Shown here piece by piece: positions 50,367-57,152 of a stretch of DNA of 57,152 bases. Below the pieces are notes generated by a model that saw only the letters and a list, made by a program, of their open reading frames with translations, was not told the DNA's origin and ran no database searches. The DNA comes from Octopus bimaculoides. Its lineage: Eukaryota. The stretch covers positions 15,319,444-15,376,595 of the forward strand of contig NC_069001.1 of NCBI RefSeq assembly GCF_001194135.2. The letters are read 5' to 3'. Positions within the stretch are counted from its first letter, which is position 1. Each line of letters opens with the position of its first letter. Position numbers and translations under genes: made by a program.

Positions 50367-51194
50367 AATTTAAGGAATGGAGAAAACGCATGTTATAATT
50401 GCATACTTTATTCCTACATATGTTTCAAAGGATTACAACCTGTGTGATCCATAGGGATCTTTGATATTAAAATTGTAACCTTCTCATCAGGGAAAGCATG
50501 GGAATCATCTTAAACGTAAGACATTATGACCGATTATGAAAACAATAGATGGATAAGGTTATNNNNNNNNNNNNNNNNNNNNNNNNNNNNNNNNNNNNNN
50601 NNNNNNNNNNNNNNNNNNNNNNNNNNNNNNNNNNNNNNNNNNNNNNNNNNNNNNNNNNNNNNNNNNNNNNNNNNNNNNNNNNNNNNNNNNNNNNNNNNNN
50701 NNNNNNNNNNNNNNNNNNNNNNNNNNNNNNNNNNNNNNNNNNNNNNNNNNNNNNNNNNNNNNNNNNNNNNNNNNNNNNNNNNNNNNNNNNNNNNNNNNNN
50801 NNNNNNNNNNNNNNNNNNNNNNNNNNNNNNNNNNNNNNNNNNNNNNNNNNNNNNNNNNNNNNNNATATATATACTCAAATACCCAAAATTTCAAGGAGTT
50901 CCTGCCTTAAAAACAGGAACTAAACCACAGTTATTTTGTGTTCTTTGCTACATTGGTTTCTATTAACCCATTTATTCTATCAGAAGAATTTTTATTCATT
51001 AAGATAGAAGAAATACACATAATTATATATATATATATATATATATATTCTTTTCTTCTCTTATTCTTTTACTTGTTTCAGTCATTTGACTGTGGCCAAG
51101 CTGGAGCACTGACTTAATATGTCAGTATGGAAGGCGGACATTAAACGATAATGATGATGATGATGATGATGATGATATATATATATATTTCGCT

Positions 51195-51500
51195 GGATGA
51201 GCAATGTCATTGTACATGTTGGACAGAGTGTATGCATCTTGAGAGATGAGTTATGCATAAGAGGCATAAGAGGCATAAGATGTGGTGTGCAAGAGAGACG
51301 ACTGCACTGGTATGGTCATGTGATGCATATGGATGAGGACAGCTGTGTAAAGAAGTGCCGATCTCTAACTGTTGAGAGAACATGTGGTAGAGGTAGGCCC
51401 AGAAAGACATGAGATGAAGTGGTGAAGCATGATCTTCAAACTTTGAGCCAAACAGATTAATGACCGAGACCTTTAGCAATATGCTGTGCTTGAGAAGCCC
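51195..51500 (+). mobile_element. RTE LINE 3' ORF fragment
   Basis: GIRCGVQERRLHWYGHVMHMDEDSCVKKC...RGRPRKT matches the RTE C-terminal RRLRWxGHxxRM...RGRP motif. Confidence 0.8.
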
Positions 51501-52246
51501 GTCAAGCCAAGTGAAATCATAGTTATGACTGATGGTTTGTGTCATGTAACTGGCACCCAAGCTGGTGGCATGTAAAGAGCACCGATGGAGCATTGGGTCT
51601 CACAGAGGCAAAGTGGCTGAGTTCCTTTCAAGCGATGGGCCTCATGGAGGCAAAGTGGTTGAGTTCCTTTCAAGCGTCAGGTGGTGAAATTCATCGGAGG
51701 CTTTTAGCACGATATGGGGACAGTGCATTACTGCATAGAAGTGTGTATGAGAGGATCGAGAAGTGTATGTGTGTAAATAGAAGTGAGTAGGGAGGAAGAG
51801 GCTGCAAGAAAGTAATGAGGTGAGTGAAAGAGAGCTAGAGATGTGGAATTAATGGGGTGGTGCTCATGTAATGAATGATGAACAAGGTTTGAGGGGTGGT
51901 TGATGATAAGTATGAGCTGGAGAAAAGGTAGTGAAGAGTAGATGATGGCAGTAGTGGCTGGGTAGGTTTGATAAACAGTGGAAAAGGGTGGATGGAATGA
52001 TCCGATGACACATTTGAGTTTGAGGGAAGAGAGGGGAGAGTAGGTGATGACTGACAGTGCAGAAAGGAGGTGATGAGTAACAGGATAGTACTAGTAATAT
52101 GCAGTAGACAAGGGAAGAATGAAAGAAAGCAAAATAAAATGTGGATGGTGAATAGGCTGGTTGTGTGAGTATGAGGGTAGAGACAGATGTAATGCATATA
52201 GGTAGAGGGTGAGCTATTAGGTATGTGTGTGTGTGTACATACATAC

Positions 52247-52316
<70 letters not shown>

Positions 52317-53189
52317 ATATATATATGTGTATGTGTGTATATATATATATATATAATTAAGATTCAGTTTAATTAGGTACTTAAATTGAAGCACCTTACC
52401 AGTTGGGTATACTCCACACAGCTCCACGTTAGGTGAACAGAATGTAAATGTATTGATACATGTACATCCTTGTTACTTATTTACACACACACACACACAC
52501 ACATATATATCGTATATATATATCAGCAGTATACTGGATAGATACTATCCCTTAGTGGGTTGNNNNNNNNNNNNNNNNNNNNNNNNNNNNNNNNNNNNNN
52601 NNNNNNNNNNNNNNNNNNNNNNNNNNNNNNNNNNNNNNNNNNNNNNNNNNNNNNNNNNNNNNATATATATATATACATACATATATATATGTACGTATAT
52701 ATACATGCATATATGTGTACAGACATATATGTGAGTTATATATGTCTCCAAATATGTAATGTACATGTGTATGCATTGCACATTTCATAAATATTCTGAA
52801 TGTTACATACATACACATGCATATATTATCTGTGTGTGTGTGGGGGGGGGCGTATGAGCGCACATCTGCATGCATTTGTGTATGCGTCATTTATTTTATT
52901 TTCATATCAACATCTGTTTTAACACATCACTGCAAAAGACAGCAGTGAGTGTTTCATTAAGGTAGGGCAGCGGTTCAAGTTAGCACCAGGCTAACAACAC
53001 TCCTCCGAACTTTAGTTGCTATTTATGATTTTCTTTAACCCTAGGTCAGTTTTATCCAAGTTAACCTATGATAAAAGGCTTTCCACCTTTCACCATTCCA
53101 TCTTTCTTTTCTTTGCTTTTCTTTCAGGTATAATAGGCCATTAAATTAAACACTAGACTGTTCATTTTCAAAATGAAATGAAGTTATAC

Positions 53190-54188
53190 TCTTACTCTTT
53201 TACTCTTTTACTTGTTTCAGTCATTTGACTGTGGCCATGCCGGAGCACTGCCTTTAGTCGAGCAAATTGACCCTGGACTTATTCTCTGTAAGCCTAGTAT
53301 TTATTCTATTGGTCTCTTTTGCCGAACTGCTAAGTTACGGAGACGTAAACACACCAGCATCGGTTCTCAAGCGATGTTGGGGGGGACAAACACAGACACA
53401 CAAACATATACACACACACGTATATATATATATATATATATATAAAAAGAATGAGATCAAGAGACCAATGGCATAAGTAAATTTATATTTTATGTAGAAT
53501 AAATTTACCTATGCCATTGGTCACTTGATCTCATTCTTTTTTTATATATACACACGCTAATACACGACCNNNNNNNNNNNNNNNNNNNNNNNNNNNNNNN
53601 NNNNNNNNNNNNNNNNNNNNNNNNNNNNNNNNNNNNNNNNNNNNNNNNNNNNNNNNNNNNNNNNNNNNNNNNNNNNNNNNNNNNNNNNNNNNNNNNNNNN
53701 NNNNNNNNNNNNNNNNNNNNNNNNNNNNNNNNNNNNNNNNNNNNNNNNNNNNNNNNNNNNNNNNNNNNNNNNNNNNNNNNNNNNNNNNNNNNNNNNNNNN
53801 NNNNNNNNNNNNNNNNNNNNNNNNNNNNNNNNNNNNNNNNNNNNNNNNNNNNNNNNNNNNNNNNNNNNNNNNNNNNNNNNNNNNNNNNNNNNNNNNNNNN
53901 NNNNNNNNNNNNNNNNNNNNNNNNNNNNNNNNNNNNNNNNNNNNNNNNNNNNNNNNNNNNNNNNNNNNNNNNNNNNNNNNNNNNNNNNNNNNNTATATAT
54001 ATATATATATATATATACATATATATGACAGGCTTCTTTCAGTTTCCATCTACCAAATCCACTCACAAGGCTTTGGTCGGCCCGAGGCTATAGTAGAAGA
54101 CACTTGCCCAAGGTGCCACGCAGTGGGACTGAACTCGGAACCATGTGGTTCATAAGCAAGCTACTTACCACACAGCCACTCCTACACC
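53190..54188 (-). mobile_element. SINE family A halves flanking a hairpin insert and a gap
   Basis: Tail half 53190-53420 and head half 54015-54188; may be one or two copies. Further partial family A copies at about 9075, 13590, 21060, 33095, 34345, 34596, 41530, 41715, 42300 and 51060. Confidence 0.72.
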
Positions 54189-54360
54189 TATATGTGAAAA
54201 AAAAAAAAAAAATTAAAATACACGGGCAGAAATCATTCTGACGTCAACAACGCTCTTCTCAATATGTGTGACATACCAGTTAAAACAATTTATTGTCCTG
54301 ATCATTCAGAAATAACCTTCAGTTCCATGTTTGATCATTCCTCATGCTCCTACCATCACT

Positions 54361-54719
54361 GGATCTTTTTTAAAACGGTGGCCACATTTTCCATTAATGT
54401 TTTACGTAGTGCTTTTGGTACCGAAAGACTTTCAAACTTCGTATACATATCTATTTTGTGTTATAGAACAGAAAAATATTTTCGTATTCGAATTTATTTC
54501 ATGTAAAAAATTGTCTTATTTCGATAATTTCAACCAATCACTGACAAGTATTCAGTTGTTTATATTTACTCCTTTGGCTGATTAAGCCATAGCTTCGTTT
54601 TATTTGCTTTTTTCATTTTAAATTTGCTTTTTTCATTTTATTTTTTTTTTCTTCGTTTTATTTGCTTTTTTCTTTTTAAATTTGCTGTTTTACTCTAACC
54701 CTAACCCTAACCCTAACCC
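54361..54719 (+). mobile_element. Related repeat ending in (CCCTAA)n at a gap
   Basis: Same GGATCTTTTTTAAAACGG start and shared AATTTCAACCAATCACTGAC block; (TAACCC)n at 54696-54719. Confidence 0.6.
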
Positions 54720-55529
54720 NNNNNNNNNNNNNNNNNNNNNNNNNNNNNNNNNNNNNNNNNNNNNNNNNNNNNNNNNNNNNNNNNNNNNNNNNNNNNNNNN
54801 NNNNNNNNNNNNNNNNNNNNNNNNNNNNNNNNNNNNNNNNNNNNNNNNNNNNNNNNNNNNNNNNNNNNNNNNNNNNNNNNNNNNNNNNNNNNNNNNNNNN
54901 NNNNNNNNNNNNNNNNNNNNNNNNNNNNNNNNNNNNNNNNNNNNNNNNNNNNNNNNNNNNNNNNNNNNNNNNNNNNNNNNNNNNNNNNNNNNNNNNNNNN
55001 NNNNNNNNNNNNNNNNNNNNNNNNNNNNNNNNNNNNNNNNNNNNNNNNNNNNNNNNNNNNNNNNNNNNNNNNNNNNNNNNNNNNNNNNNNNNNNNNNNNN
55101 NNNNNNNNNNNNNNNNNNNNNNNNNNNNNNNNNNNNNNNNNNNNNNNNNNNNNNNNNNNNNNNNNNNNNNNNNNNNNNNNNNNNNNNNNNNNNNNNNNNN
55201 NNNNNNNNNNNNNNNNNNNNNNNNNNNNNNNNNNNNNNNNNNNNNNNNNNNNNNNNNNNNNNNNNNNNNNNNNNNNNNNNNNNNNNNNNNNNNNNNNNNN
55301 NNNNNNNNNNNNNNNNNNNNNNNNNNNNNNNNNNNNNNNNNNNNNNNNNNNNNNNNNNNNNNNNNNNNNNNNNNNNNNNNNNNNNNNNNNNNNNNNNNNN
55401 NNNNNNNNNNNNNNNNNNNNNNNNNNNNNNNNNNNNNNNNNNNNNNNNNNNNNNNNNNNNNNNNNNNNNNNNNNNNNNNNNNNNNNNNNNNNNNNNNNNN
55501 NNNNNNNNNNNNNNNNNNNNNNNNNNNNA

Positions 55530-55562
55530 TTATTATTATTATTATTATTATCGTTATTATTA

Positions 55563-55609
<47 letters not shown>

Positions 55610-55754
55610 GTTGTTGTTGTTATTGTTGTTGTTGTTATTATTATTATTATTATTATTATTGTTGTTGTTGTTGTTGTTGTTGTTATTATTATTGTTGTTG
55701 TTGTTGTTATTATTATTATTATTATTATTATTGTTGTTGTTCTTATTATTATTA

Positions 55755-55785
<31 letters not shown>

Positions 55786-55875
55786 GTTATAATAATAATA
55801 ATAATAATAATAATTATTATTATTATTATTATTATTATTATCATTATATTATTGTTGTTGTTGTTGTTGTTGTTA
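55530..55875. repeat. (ATT/GTT/AAT)n compound microsatellite
   Basis: Direct reading. Confidence 0.9.
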
Positions 55876-56450
55876 CTTTTATGATATCTTAATGTCACTT
55901 GTAAGTTAGACAAAGGAAAGGCCAAGCGGGGTATGTACCACTAGGGGATTAGGCTTAAGGTATCAGTTGACCTTAATCCAATCTTGATGGGGATTAATTG
56001 ATTAGGGAACATAGGGACTGAGTTTATTTTGTAGTGACCTGTTCAAACTAGATTTCTGAGCTTTGTCACTGCATTTCCCACCTCCTGCAACATGAAAGGT
56101 GTGGGGTGCAAGAGGGGAAGAGGGGGGACAGACAAATTTTTGATTCTGGTAATAGCTAATTGGTTTGCTCTCTCTCTCTTTCTTTTTCACACACACTCAC
56201 ATTACAGACATATTTATATACTTACAAACACACACACACACACACACACACTTATTCAGGTACATACACACAAACCTTCCCACACATACACACACTCACT
56301 GTTGAAAACACATATACATGCATATCCATATACATGAACATATAGAAATACAAACACACACACACTTACTCTCTCTCTCTCTCTCTCTCTCTCACGCTTT
56401 CTCTCTCTCTTTCACTCTCTCTCTCTCTCACGCTTTCTCTCTCTCTTTCA

Positions 56451-56481
<31 letters not shown>

Positions 56482-56679
56482 ACACACACAAATACACACA
56501 TATGCACTCACATACAGACTCACTCACACACACACTCACACACAAACACACACACTCACACACACGCACACACATTTGATTGTCAGCTTCATCATCATCA
56601 TCATCTCCTACCCATTTATCAACCCATCTTTCCATCTATTTATGTATTCATCTCTCTCTCTCTCTCTCTTTCTCCCTAT

Positions 56680-56714
<35 letters not shown>

Positions 56715-56796
56715 CATATCTATCTGTCTATCTAATTTTCTACATAATAGCTATCTATCTATCTATCTATCAATCTATCTATCTATCTATCTATCA

Positions 56797-56851
<55 letters not shown>

Positions 56852-56868
56852 AATCTATCTATCTATCA

Positions 56869-56904
<36 letters not shown>

Positions 56905-56948
56905 GCCTGCCTATCTGTCTATCTATCTATCTATCAATCTATCTATCT
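56680..56948. repeat. (ATCT)n tetranucleotide microsatellite
   Basis: Direct reading; abuts the Tx1-like LINE fragment. Confidence 0.92.
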
Positions 56949-56949
56949 A

Positions 56950-57152
56950 ACGCTGCTGAAGAAAGATCCAAACAAGGGGGACGTCATAGATAACTTTAGG
57001 CCCATCACTCTGCTCAATGCAGACTTGAAAATTTTGGCCAAGGTGTTAGCCAAGCGGTTGGCGCTTGTCATCGAGAAACTGATCGGCAAGGCGCAAACGT
57101 GCGCGGTGCCGGGCAGGAGCATCCATGACAACCTCCATCTGATGCGCTACAT
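56950..57152 (+). mobile_element. Tx1/L1-clade LINE reverse transcriptase fragment, 5'-truncated, runs off the window
   Basis: Uninterrupted GC-rich frame [67 protein letters not shown], with the RPI(S/T)LLNxDxKI and GRSIxDN motifs. Confidence 0.92.

Noticed and set aside
1-57152. CRISPR array, rRNA or prokaryotic operon
   Set aside because: No regularly spaced repeat-spacer array or rRNA-like sequence; the window is intron-rich eukaryotic DNA.

Overview
AT-rich, gap-ridden eukaryotic draft sequence. The SINE, MITE and microsatellite landscape looks like an octopus genome (O. bimaculoides-like); this is inferred from remembered repeat families, not a search. The one supportable protein-coding gene is a CD63-like tetraspanin on the minus strand, which the ORF track mostly misses. 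Six coding exons were reconstructed by hand: 29532-29470, 8960-8772, 4992-4918, 3564-3469, 2829-2704 and 834-751. All introns are GT-AG and phase 0, intron 1 is about 20.5 kb, and the 211 aa include the CCG, PxSCC and GC motifs. The last coding exon lies left of the window. The rest is SINEs, piggyBac- and mariner-type MITEs, RTE and Tx1/L1 LINE pieces, a mariner transposase remnant and microsatellites. The most interesting signal is a decayed Penelope-like GIY-YIG endonuclease in intron 1 with three minimal hammerhead-ribozyme-like motifs next to it (18.07-18.34 kb), two of which form a 68-bp-arm inverted repeat. A fourth, best-preserved copy lies at 47.76 kb. All four carry the same non-canonical core, CCGAYGA instead of CUGANGA. 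Repeat boundaries are approximate; exon and ribozyme coordinates were counted base by base.
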